Assembly (NCBI GenBank): GCA_030141605.1
Contig: JAQGDQ010002414.1
Span: 1-58,923, forward strand
Direction: 5' to 3'
DNA from: Tubiluchus corallicola
Taxonomy: Eukaryota; Animalia; Priapulida
Length of the DNA stretch: 58,923 bases
The position numbers and the translations under genes are program-made. Each line of letters begins with the position of its first letter. Within the stretch, counting starts at the first letter, position 1. Positions 18,325-27,150 of this stretch are shown here, piece after piece. The notes below the pieces were generated by a model that was given only the letters and a program-made list of their open reading frames with translations, made no database searches and was not told the DNA's origin.

Positions 18325-19596
18325 CTACTGGAAATTATTAAAAAAACTCAAGCCGTTATTAATTACTCCTATTACTGCTCCTGTAAGTTCTTGATTTAGC
18401 AATGGAGAGTTGTTGGATAGAGAATAATTGTTCTTTTCATTATAAATCCATTTGACACTGGGGTCAAAGATAGTTAAGTTTGCTACTTCTTTCTCCTTAA
18501 TTTTGGGAGTTGCCAAGTTTAAAATCTCTCTTGGTGCTGATGTTATTTTGTCTATAATTATTTCAATATGTTGCTTTCCTAATGCTGCAATACAAATGGG
18601 GAAAAGGGTTTGTATGCCTATCATGCCGAATTCGGCAAGGTCAAATTCTAACTTTTTACTTTCTTCATCTTGAGGAGAATGATCAGATATAATCACGCCA
18701 ATATCATTATTTAGAAGGCTTTTTTTTAAGTGATTTATTGTTCTGGCACTTCTTAAAGGAGGGTTGACCTTGTAATTTGTATCAAAGGTTTTTAAATGGC
18801 TATCATCAAACATTAATTGATAGGCAGCTATTCCACAAGTTACGTTTAGTGATTTTTTTTTGGCATTTTTTATTGACTGTATTGCTTTTGGAGAGGAGAC
18901 ATGTGAAAAATGCAGTCTTCCACCACTATATTCCAATAATTTTATTCCCTTGTCTACTTCCAATTCTTCTGCCATTTCAGGCATTCCTTTCATCCCTAAA
19001 ACGCTACTGTAAACACCTTCGTTCATTGTGGCATGCTCTAATAAGCTTTTATTAAAAGGTTTATTAATAAATAACGCTTTCTCCTTTTGTAGATATAGCA
19101 GTATCTTGGTTATTATTTCCGCATCATCGACATTTTTTTCGCCATCTGAAAAAGCAATAGTGTTTATAGACAACATATCTAACATTTCGGAAAGTGTTTC
19201 TCCTTTGCAATCTTTTGTAGCGGCTCCTATCGGATGCAATTGCACCAAATTTGTTGGGTTGGATGAGGTAATGAAACTTACTTCTGATTTTGTTTGAGTG
19301 ACGGGTTTAACGTTAGGAAGTAGTGCTACTTCTGTAAACCCTCCTGACATGGCTGCTTTTCTACCCGTACTTAATGTTTCTTTATGTTCCAAGCCGGGGT
19401 TACAAAAATTTGCTCCCATGTCAAACCAGCCTATAGACACCATCAAGTTTTTTCCTTTTATAATTTTTTGAGCAGCGGGCTCCTTATCACCAATATACTC
19501 TATAACCCCTTTCTTGTTAATGTAGATGTTTTTCTTTTGTAAATGGAGGCTTGATTTTTTATCTATTATTTTTGCTGACTTTATTAATATTCCCAT
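18325..19596 (-). CDS. Dihydroorotase-like protein, probably non-catalytic
   Basis: AAMSGGFT, KVNPPLR and SDHSP are present, but DxHxH reads DMGAN. Start MGILIK at 19596. Confidence 0.85.
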   Translation of the reverse strand: MGILIKSAKIIDKKSSLHLQKKNIYINKKGVIEYIGDKEPAAQKIIKGKNLMVSIGWFDMGANFCNPGLEHKETLSTGRKAAMSGGFTEVALLPNVKPVTQTKSEVSFITSSNPTNLVQLHPIGAATKDCKGETLSEMLDMLSINTIAFSDGEKNVDDAEIITKILLYLQKEKALFINKPFNKSLLEHATMNEGVYSSVLGMKGMPEMAEELEVDKGIKLLEYSGGRLHFSHVSSPKAIQSIKNAKKKSLNVTCGIAAYQLMFDDSHLKTFDTNYKVNPPLRSARTINHLKKSLLNNDIGVIISDHSPQDEESKKLEFDLAEFGMIGIQTLFPICIAALGKQHIEIIIDKITSAPREILNLATPKIKEKEVANLTIFDPSVKWIYNEKNNYSLSNNSPLLNQELTGAVIGVINNGLSFFNNFQ

Positions 19597-19644
19597 ATAA
19601 TGCCTAATTTTATAACATAATCTTTTGCTTGATACTAAACCAAA

Positions 19645-19652
19645 CAAAGATA
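19645..19652 (-). promoter_or_regulatory. Bacteroidota -7 promoter element
   Basis: Minus-strand TATCTTTG about 50 nt upstream of 19596, which supports the shorter start. Confidence 0.5.
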
Positions 19653-19805
19653 CAAAATAGAAGCCTTATACAAAGATGTTGAGTAGTTTTTTTACACCTA
19701 TTTTTTGGAGCAAAAAATCATTTAAAATTTGGCTTTTTATAAAAATAATAATAATTTTAACGCTTCTTTATACGAGTAATTAATGAATAATGAAGGGATA
19801 ACGTT

Positions 19806-20282
19806 ATGAAATTGTCTGATAAACACTTAATTACATTAAGTTTGTTACGAATAGCTGTTGGTTGGCATTTTTGCTATGAAGGGTTAACAAAAGTATTAAA
19901 TGCATCATGGACATCTAGGTATTATCTTTTAGAGTCAAAAGGAATATTGGCACCTACATTTATTTTTATTGGCAGCAATGACACTCTTGTCAATATATCC
20001 AACTTTATAGTTATAGCTATATTATTACTTGTTGGTATCGCCTTGATTTTGGGAGTTTTAAGCAAATACTTGGCATATATAGGAGCGTTTTTGGTGTTGA
20101 TGTTTTGGTTTTCGCATCCGCCGCTTCCTAATATGGAATATGCTTTTCCATTTGAAGGAAATTATTTTTTAGTAGATAAAAACTTGATAGAATTCTTTGC
20201 ACTTGTTTTGGTGATTTTACTCCCTACTGACACGTACATAGGAGTTTCAAGATTAGTGTGTAAAAAGAGCGTAAAAAGTTAA
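19806..20282 (+). CDS. DoxX/DoxD family membrane protein
   Basis: LRIAVGWHFCYEGLTK, about 4 TM helices and VDKNLIE. Confidence 0.88.
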   Translation: MKLSDKHLITLSLLRIAVGWHFCYEGLTKVLNASWTSRYYLLESKGILAPTFIFIGSNDTLVNISNFIVIAILLLVGIALILGVLSKYLAYIGAFLVLMFWFSHPPLPNMEYAFPFEGNYFLVDKNLIEFFALVLVILLPTDTYIGVSRLVCKKSVKS

Positions 20283-20285
20283 TTC

Positions 20286-21836
20286 ATGGAAAAATTATAT
20301 GAGCGATTTTCGCGAAGAGATTGGATAAAAGGACTGGCAACCATACCAGTGTTAGGAGCTTTGGTGTATGGAGGATTGAGTAAGCATAAGCAAAACAAGA
20401 GATTAAAACAAAATGTACTTAAAGAGCTGGATATCTTTTCTGATGTTCCAACAAACCAACATAATGTAGATAAAAGCAGCAAAATCAAAATAGGAATAAT
20501 AGGATACGGAATTAGAGGAGCACAATTGATGAGAGCATTAGGGTTTGCACATCCAACATGGATAGAAGGTTTGAAAGAGGCTAATAGAAAAAATGTCCAA
20601 GACAAAAGGCATGAACAGTTTTTAGAACAAGAAAACCTCAATGTAGAGATAAAAGCGGTGTGTGATATATTTGATGTATTTGCTCAAAAGGGCATAGAAG
20701 CTGGAGCAAATTTGCATAGAGAGGGGTTGAATGGAAAATATGTAAAACAACCTATAAGATATAAAACATATAAAGAATTGATTGCTGACCCTGATATAGA
20801 CGCAGTCGTTATCGCCTCTCCGGATCATTGGCATGCTCCAATGGCAATTGAAGCAGCAAAATATGGAAAACATGTGTATATAGAAAAACCTATGACTTGG
20901 ACTGTTCCTGAAACCTATGAAATTAGAGATATTGTAGAAAAATCAGGAATAGTATTTCAACTAGGGCATCAAGGTAGACAAACAGCCAGTTATGTAAAGG
21001 CAAAAGAAATAATAGAAAAAAACGTCTTAGGAAAAATTACACTAATAGAAACTACTACCAATCGCAACACCCCTTCAGGTGCATGGCAATATGATATACA
21101 TCCTGATGCAAGCCAAAACAATATAGATTGGCAGCAGTTTTTAGGACAAGCACCATATCATCCATTTAGCTTAGAGCGATTTTTTAGGTGGAGGTGTTGG
21201 TGGGACTATAGCACAGGATTAAATGGAGATTTACTCACTCACGAATATGACGCAATAAACCAAATATTAAACTTGGGCATCCCATCCTCCGTAGCCTCCT
21301 CTGGCGGAATCTATTTTTTCAAAGACGGTAGAACAGTACCAGACGTTTTACAAGTGGCATGTGAGTTTAACGAAAAAGAACTAACCTTCCTTTATAGTGC
21401 ATCATTAGCAAGCAGCAATAAAAGAAAAAGAACAATAATGGGACATGATGCATCTATGTCATTAGGAAACACCTTATCTATACAAGCTGATAGAAATTCA
21501 ACAAGATATAAAGAGAAAATAAAAAAGGGAATTATAGACACTAAATATCCAATATATTCATATGCGCCAGGACAAAAAAATTTGGACGCTATTACCTCTG
21601 CCACAGAAAAATATTTTGCAGATAGAGGCTTGTTATTTACTTATGTACAAGGAAAAAGAGTGGACACAACCCACTTACATATGAAAGAGTGGATAAATTG
21701 CATAAGACTTAACAAACAACCAAGTTGTGATATACATCAAGGCTTTGAGGAGGCTATCGCTTCGCATATGGCAACTTTATCTTATAGAGAAAAAAGAACT
21801 ATGTTTTGGGATAAAAAAAACGAAAAAATTGTTTGA
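20286..21836 (+). CDS. Gfo/Idh/MocA oxidoreductase with Tat-like signal
   Basis: SRRDWIK, IGIIGYGIRG, SPDHWH, HVYIEKP and DLLTH. Confidence 0.92.
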   Translation: MEKLYERFSRRDWIKGLATIPVLGALVYGGLSKHKQNKRLKQNVLKELDIFSDVPTNQHNVDKSSKIKIGIIGYGIRGAQLMRALGFAHPTWIEGLKEANRKNVQDKRHEQFLEQENLNVEIKAVCDIFDVFAQKGIEAGANLHREGLNGKYVKQPIRYKTYKELIADPDIDAVVIASPDHWHAPMAIEAAKYGKHVYIEKPMTWTVPETYEIRDIVEKSGIVFQLGHQGRQTASYVKAKEIIEKNVLGKITLIETTTNRNTPSGAWQYDIHPDASQNNIDWQQFLGQAPYHPFSLERFFRWRCWWDYSTGLNGDLLTHEYDAINQILNLGIPSSVASSGGIYFFKDGRTVPDVLQVACEFNEKELTFLYSASLASSNKRKRTIMGHDASMSLGNTLSIQADRNSTRYKEKIKKGIIDTKYPIYSYAPGQKNLDAITSATEKYFADRGLLFTYVQGKRVDTTHLHMKEWINCIRLNKQPSCDIHQGFEEAIASHMATLSYREKRTMFWDKKNEKIV

Positions 21837-21875
21837 TAGAACTTAAATTAATTTACAAATATAAAATTTTTACTT

Positions 21876-23399
21876 ATGGATAATAACAAAACAAACCGTA
21901 GGAACTTTCTGAAAAAGTCTGTAATGTTAGGAGCTGGTACCATAACGATGGGAGCTTCTTTTAACGCAATTTCAGGAGGAAAGAAAAATCTTGGACCACA
22001 AATTATACATAAAGGGAAAGATTACGTTCCTCCTAGTGATAAGCTAAATATTGCAGCCATTGGCTCTGGCGGTATGGGAAGCTCTAACATAAGAAATGTT
22101 AAATCGCAAAACATTGTTGGGCTTTGTGATATAGATTGGAATAGAGCTGCAAAAATATTTGGAGAATTTCCAAAAGCTAGGCAATATAAAGATTATCGTA
22201 AAATGTTAGATGAAATGAACTCTGACATTGATGCCGTTATTGTAGCAACAGCAGATCATACGCACGCATGTGCAACGTCAGCAGCTATGCGTTTAGGAAA
22301 ACATGTTTATGTCCAAAAGCCATTAACACATAGTGTCTACGAATCTCGTTTTTTAACAGAATTAGCAGCAGAAACAAAAGTAGCCACTCAAATGGGTAAC
22401 CAAGGTAACTCAGGAGAAGGCGTTAGACAGATATGTGAATGGGTATGGAATGGTGCTATAGGAGAAATTACAAAAGTAGATACGTGGACTAACAGACCAA
22501 TTTGGCCACAAGGATTAAAGAGACCTGCTAAGGGTGAGTGGGTGCCAGAACATTTAGATTGGGACCTCTTTGTTGGGCCAGCTAAAATGAGACCTTACCA
22601 CAGTGCATACACTCCATGGAACTGGAGAGGATGGTGGGATTTTGGAACAGGAGCACTAGGAGATATGGCATGTCATATATTAGATCCTTCATTCCAAGCC
22701 TTACGCCTTAAATACCCCACTGCAATAGAAGGAACTTCTACTCCTTTCAATACAGATTCTCCTCCAAATGCAGAAATAGTACGTTATCAATTCCCAGCAA
22801 GAGCAAAATATAGAAAAGTAAATATGCCTGCAGTAGAGATAGCTTGGTATGATGGTGGATTGATGCCGAAAATGCCGAAAGAATTAAAAGATGGAAAATC
22901 ATTAGATACAGGTGGAGGCTCTATATTCTATGGGAAAAAAGGAATAATAGTTTGCCGAACTTATGGTGGAAGCCCTAGATTATTCATTGGAGGAAAAGAA
23001 GTAACAAAAGATTACAAAGCACCTAAAGTACTTAGAAGAGTGCCTGAAGCAAAAAATGGCGGGCAGCATGAAATGGATTGGGTACGCGCTTGTAAAGAAA
23101 GCCCTAACAACAGAACAGAAGCAAGTTCTTATTTTGGATACTCAGGGCCACTTAATGAAATGGTTGTTATGGGAGTTGTAGCTGTAAGGTTGCAAGGATT
23201 GAAAAAACAATTAAAGTGGGATGGAAAAAACATGAAGTTTACGAACATCAGTGATACAGACACAATTAGCATCACTGCCGATGAATTTAAAGTAGTAGAT
23301 GGAGATCCTAAGTGGATGTCAAACAAATCTGAAATTAATGCTAAATCTGCTGCTGAGGAGTATATTAAACACACTTATAGAGAAGGATGGTCGCTGTAA
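21876..23399 (+). CDS. Tat-exported Gfo/Idh/MocA oxidoreductase (glycoside 3-dehydrogenase-like)
   Basis: NRRNFLK, IGSGGMG, TADHTH, HVYVQKP and WRGWWDFGTGALGDMACH. Confidence 0.93.
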   Translation: MDNNKTNRRNFLKKSVMLGAGTITMGASFNAISGGKKNLGPQIIHKGKDYVPPSDKLNIAAIGSGGMGSSNIRNVKSQNIVGLCDIDWNRAAKIFGEFPKARQYKDYRKMLDEMNSDIDAVIVATADHTHACATSAAMRLGKHVYVQKPLTHSVYESRFLTELAAETKVATQMGNQGNSGEGVRQICEWVWNGAIGEITKVDTWTNRPIWPQGLKRPAKGEWVPEHLDWDLFVGPAKMRPYHSAYTPWNWRGWWDFGTGALGDMACHILDPSFQALRLKYPTAIEGTSTPFNTDSPPNAEIVRYQFPARAKYRKVNMPAVEIAWYDGGLMPKMPKELKDGKSLDTGGGSIFYGKKGIIVCRTYGGSPRLFIGGKEVTKDYKAPKVLRRVPEAKNGGQHEMDWVRACKESPNNRTEASSYFGYSGPLNEMVVMGVVAVRLQGLKKQLKWDGKNMKFTNISDTDTISITADEFKVVDGDPKWMSNKSEINAKSAAEEYIKHTYREGWSL

Positions 23400-23443
23400 G
23401 TGATTTGAAACTAAATTATTTATAATTATAAAATGAAAAAAAT

Positions 23444-24226
23444 ATGAAAAAAGTTTTATTAAGTGCTATTTGTTTTGTTGCAACCTTCTTATTTATTGGA
23501 TGTTGTGGAGGAAAAAAGAAAAAAGAAGGCAACGCAGAACAAGGCACTGTATTAATAAACCAACTGTCAAGCCAAGAAAAGGCAGATGGTTGGCTATTAT
23601 TGTTTGATGGAAAAACTCCTAACGGTTGGCGAGGTGTTAATAAAGATCACTTCCCTGCTGCATGGATAATTGAAGATGGAACAATAAAAATTCAAGGTTC
23701 TGGAAGAGGAGAAGCCGGAGCAAAAGATGGAGGAGATATTTTGTATGATAAAAAATACAGAAACTTTCATCTAAAATTAGAGTGGAAAGTATCAAAAGGA
23801 GGCAATAGTGGTATCTTTTATTTAGGACAAGAAATAGAAGGTAAGCCAATTTGGTATACAGCTCCAGAGATGCAAGTGCTTGACAATATAGATCATCCTG
23901 ATGCAAAAGCAGGAAAAGATGGAAACCGCCAAGCAAGTTCATTATATGACATCTACCCAGCAAACCCACAGAATGCTAAGCCAACAGGTGAGTGGAATCA
24001 AGTAGAAGTAAAAGTTTACAAAGGTTCTGTTTTTCACATCATGAACGGAGAAACTGTAGTAGAGTATCATTTATGGACAGAAAAATGGAATGAAGATGTT
24101 GCAAAAAGTAAGTTTCCAGGACTTAATCCAAACTTTCATAATGTAGCAGAAGAGGGCTATGTTGCCCTTCAAGACCACGGCGATGACGTTTGGTTTAGAA
24201 ATATAAAAATTAAAGAACTTGAATAA
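23444..24226 (+). CDS. DUF1080 (3-keto-disaccharide hydrolase family) lipoprotein
   Basis: GW.LLFDGK, NSGIFY, PEMQVLD and LQDHGDDVWFRNIKI. Confidence 0.93.
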   Translation: MKKVLLSAICFVATFLFIGCCGGKKKKEGNAEQGTVLINQLSSQEKADGWLLLFDGKTPNGWRGVNKDHFPAAWIIEDGTIKIQGSGRGEAGAKDGGDILYDKKYRNFHLKLEWKVSKGGNSGIFYLGQEIEGKPIWYTAPEMQVLDNIDHPDAKAGKDGNRQASSLYDIYPANPQNAKPTGEWNQVEVKVYKGSVFHIMNGETVVEYHLWTEKWNEDVAKSKFPGLNPNFHNVAEEGYVALQDHGDDVWFRNIKIKELE

Positions 24227-24235
24227 CAATTCATG

Positions 24236-24266
24236 AAAAAGCAGGGACTTTACTCCCTGCTTTTTT
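24236..24266 (+). terminator. Intrinsic terminator
   Basis: gcaggga-ctttac-tccctgc-tttttt. Confidence 0.8.
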
Positions 24267-24284
24267 GTATTATAGAGTAGAAAT

Positions 24285-25064
24285 ATGAAAAGCATAAAGA
24301 CAATTTTAACCCTAGCCAGTTTCTTATTTATTATAAGTTTTATGGCTACAAGTTGTGGCAAGAAAAAGAAAACATCAGAAACACAACAAGAAACAAGCAA
24401 TACTTTGACAGAGAAAGAACAAAAAGAAGGATGGAAGCTATTATTTGATGGAAAAACATCTGATAACTGGAGAGGCGTACATAAATCTCATTTTCCTGCG
24501 GCATGGAAAGTAGTAGACAACACGCTTTTTATTCAAGGGAAAGCAAATAGAGACGACGTAGCAAAAGAAGACAAAGGCGATATTTTATACGACCAGAAAT
24601 TTAGTAATTTTCATTTAAAACTAGATTGGAAGGCAGGAGTTGGAGCAAATAGTGGCATATGCTACCTTTGCGAAGAAATAGATGGGAAAGGAGCTTTTTA
24701 CACAGGTCCAGAGTACCAAATTTTAGATAACGAAAATCATCCTGATGCAAAAGCAGGAAAGGATGGAAATCATAAAGCGGCCTCTTTGTATGATATTTTA
24801 CCCGCAGTACCCCAAAATGCAAAACCTGCAGGAGAATGGAACACTGCTGAAATTGTTGTATATAATGGAAAGGTTTCACATATCCAAAATGGAGTAGAGG
24901 TTGTAATGTTTGAAATGTGGACAGAAGAATGGGAAAAAATGGTTGCCGAATGTAAATTTAAAAACACAGAAAACTGGGGCAACTATAAAGAAGGATACAT
25001 TGTGCTTCAAGATCATGGCGATGATGTTTGGTTTAAAAACATTAAAATTAAAGAATTGAAATAG
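24285..25064 (+). CDS. DUF1080 lipoprotein, second paralog
   Basis: Lipobox ATSC, LLFDGK, NSGI, PEYQILD and LQDHGDDVWFKNIKI. Confidence 0.93.
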   Translation: MKSIKTILTLASFLFIISFMATSCGKKKKTSETQQETSNTLTEKEQKEGWKLLFDGKTSDNWRGVHKSHFPAAWKVVDNTLFIQGKANRDDVAKEDKGDILYDQKFSNFHLKLDWKAGVGANSGICYLCEEIDGKGAFYTGPEYQILDNENHPDAKAGKDGNHKAASLYDILPAVPQNAKPAGEWNTAEIVVYNGKVSHIQNGVEVVMFEMWTEEWEKMVAECKFKNTENWGNYKEGYIVLQDHGDDVWFKNIKIKELK

Positions 25065-25084
25065 AATATTTAATTGTATTTCAG

Positions 25085-25116
25085 AAAAATAGGGGATGTA
25101 TATCCCCTATTTTTTT
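25085..25116 (+). terminator. Intrinsic terminator
   Basis: taggggat-gtat-atccccta-ttttttt. Confidence 0.8.
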
Positions 25117-25271
25117 GTCTTTTATTTGCTTATTGTCCATTTATTTTCTTTCTTGTTAGGAAAAAATAAAAACGAATGTTCTTTTCATAAATAACATCAT
25201 AGTAAAAAATACTTTGAAAGAATTATAACAAAATAGAAAGTAACTTTAAGAAACACTTAAATTATTCCACT

Positions 25272-26171
25272 ATGCATAATAGACGAAGCTTTTTGAAACA
25301 ATTAGGCGCCTTAGTAGCAATTGTTCCATTGGGAGGAACAATGCTATCATGCACTACACAGAAAAAATTATTTTTTGAAATTTCATTAGCCGAGTGGTCT
25401 TTACATAGAGCCATTAGAAGCAAGGAAATGACGAATTTAGATTTTCCCATAAAAACAAGAACAACTTTTGATATTGGAGCTGTAGAATATGTTAGTACGC
25501 TTTTTGAAAAGCAAGATTCTACATATTTAAATGAGCTACTTAAGCGTGCAAAAGATTATAATGTGAAAAACCTTTTGATAATGGTGGATGCAGAAGGGCA
25601 TTTGGCAAATCTTGATAGTGAACAAAGAAAAATAGCTGTAGAAAATCATTATAAGTGGGTAGATGCAGCTAAATTTTTGGGGTGTCACTCTATAAGAGTA
25701 AATGCAGCGGGAAAAGGAACCCCCGAAGAAGTGTCTAAAGCAGCGATTCAAGGGCTTGGAGCATTGACAGAATATGCATCAAAAGAAAAAATAAATGTAA
25801 TAGTAGAAAATCATGGTGGTTACTCTTCTAATGGAGCATGGCTGGCAAATGTCATAAAAGTAGATAACCCATATTGTGGTACACTTCCCGATTTTGGTAA
25901 TTTTAGAATAAGCGAGGGTAATATGTATGATAGATACTTAGGAGTGGAAGAGCTAATGCCATTTGCAAAGGGAGTAAGTGCAAAAAGCCATGGCTTTGAT
26001 AAAGAAGGGAATGAAATACATACAGATTATTATAAAATGCTAAAAATTGTAAAAAAAGCAGGATATACAGGTCACATTGGAATAGAGTATGAAGGCCAAG
26101 AGCTTTCGGAAGTAGAGGGCATAAAAGCAACAAAAAGGTTATTGGAGAAAGTTGGAGCCTCATTGACATAA
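25272..26171 (+). CDS. Sugar phosphate isomerase/epimerase-family TIM barrel (Tat lipoprotein)
   Basis: RRSFLK...[28 protein letters not shown] and GIEYEG. Confidence 0.9.
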   Translation: MHNRRSFLKQLGALVAIVPLGGTMLSCTTQKKLFFEISLAEWSLHRAIRSKEMTNLDFPIKTRTTFDIGAVEYVSTLFEKQDSTYLNELLKRAKDYNVKNLLIMVDAEGHLANLDSEQRKIAVENHYKWVDAAKFLGCHSIRVNAAGKGTPEEVSKAAIQGLGALTEYASKEKINVIVENHGGYSSNGAWLANVIKVDNPYCGTLPDFGNFRISEGNMYDRYLGVEELMPFAKGVSAKSHGFDKEGNEIHTDYYKMLKIVKKAGYTGHIGIEYEGQELSEVEGIKATKRLLEKVGASLT

Positions 26172-26203
26172 AATTTATAACAAACAAAAAAAATAATGTA
26201 TTT

Positions 26204-27070
26204 ATGAATTGTAATAGTAGACGCTCGTTTTTAAAGAAAACATCATTAGCTGCATTTGGTCTTATAGCAAGCCCATATTTATTATCTGCTGATGCTAAAA
26301 AACATAAAAAAGTAATAGGTTTACAGTTGTATTCTGTAAGAGACCACATAGGTAAGGACTTAGAAGGAACAATAAAAAGATTGTCCGAAATGGGCTATAA
26401 CTCTGCAGAAGCAGCAGGATATGGAGAAAGGAAGTTCTATGGCCTATCTCCAAAACAGTTTAAGGAGCTAACGGCTAAATATGGAATAAACATACATAGC
26501 TCTCATTCTATGGTAGAATTGGATCAAGCTGAAGCAACATTTGAAGATGCAGCAGAGTTAGGAATTAAATATGTTGTGCAACCAGGTATGCAACGGAGAT
26601 ATAGAAAAAGTGCAGACACATGGAAAAAAGCAGCAGCAGATTTTAACAAAATAGGTGAAATTGCTAAAAAATATAAATTAAAGTTTGGTTATCACAATCA
26701 TGCTTTTGAATATGAAGAGATAGAGGGTCAAATTCCATATGACATACTTTTAAAGAATACTGATCCAAACTTAGTATGTTTTGAAATGGACATGTATTGG
26801 ACAGTAAAAGGAGGGCATCAACCTATTAATTACTTTAAAAAATATCCAAATAGATTTGAGTTATGGCATGTGAAAGATATGGCCGATAGTCCTGAAAAAG
26901 AGTATACAGAAGTGGGAAATGGTGTGATTAACTTTGCAGAAATATTTGCGATGAAAAAACAAGCAGGTATGAAATACTTTTTTGTTGAATTAGATAAAAG
27001 CAAGGGCGATTCTCTTGATAGTATGAAAATCTCTTGTGACTATCTCTCAGCAGCCTCTTTTGTAAAGTAA
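26204..27070 (+). CDS. Sugar phosphate isomerase/epimerase-family TIM barrel (Tat signal)
   Basis: SRRSFLK, GLQLYSVR, YHNH, EMDMYW, HVKD and FVE. Confidence 0.9.
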   Translation: MNCNSRRSFLKKTSLAAFGLIASPYLLSADAKKHKKVIGLQLYSVRDHIGKDLEGTIKRLSEMGYNSAEAAGYGERKFYGLSPKQFKELTAKYGINIHSSHSMVELDQAEATFEDAAELGIKYVVQPGMQRRYRKSADTWKKAAADFNKIGEIAKKYKLKFGYHNHAFEYEEIEGQIPYDILLKNTDPNLVCFEMDMYWTVKGGHQPINYFKKYPNRFELWHVKDMADSPEKEYTEVGNGVINFAEIFAMKKQAGMKYFFVELDKSKGDSLDSMKISCDYLSAASFVK

Positions 27071-27093
27071 ATTATAGGCAGATACAAGTTTAG

Positions 27094-27144
27094 GCGCTTT
27101 TTAAAGAAAATAGATGCTTTATTTCCTTTAAAAAGCGTTTTTTT
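27094..27144 (+). terminator. Long hairpin, probable terminator
   Basis: gcgctttttaaag...ctttaaaaagcgt followed by a T-run. Confidence 0.65.
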
Positions 27145-27150
27145 GTTATT

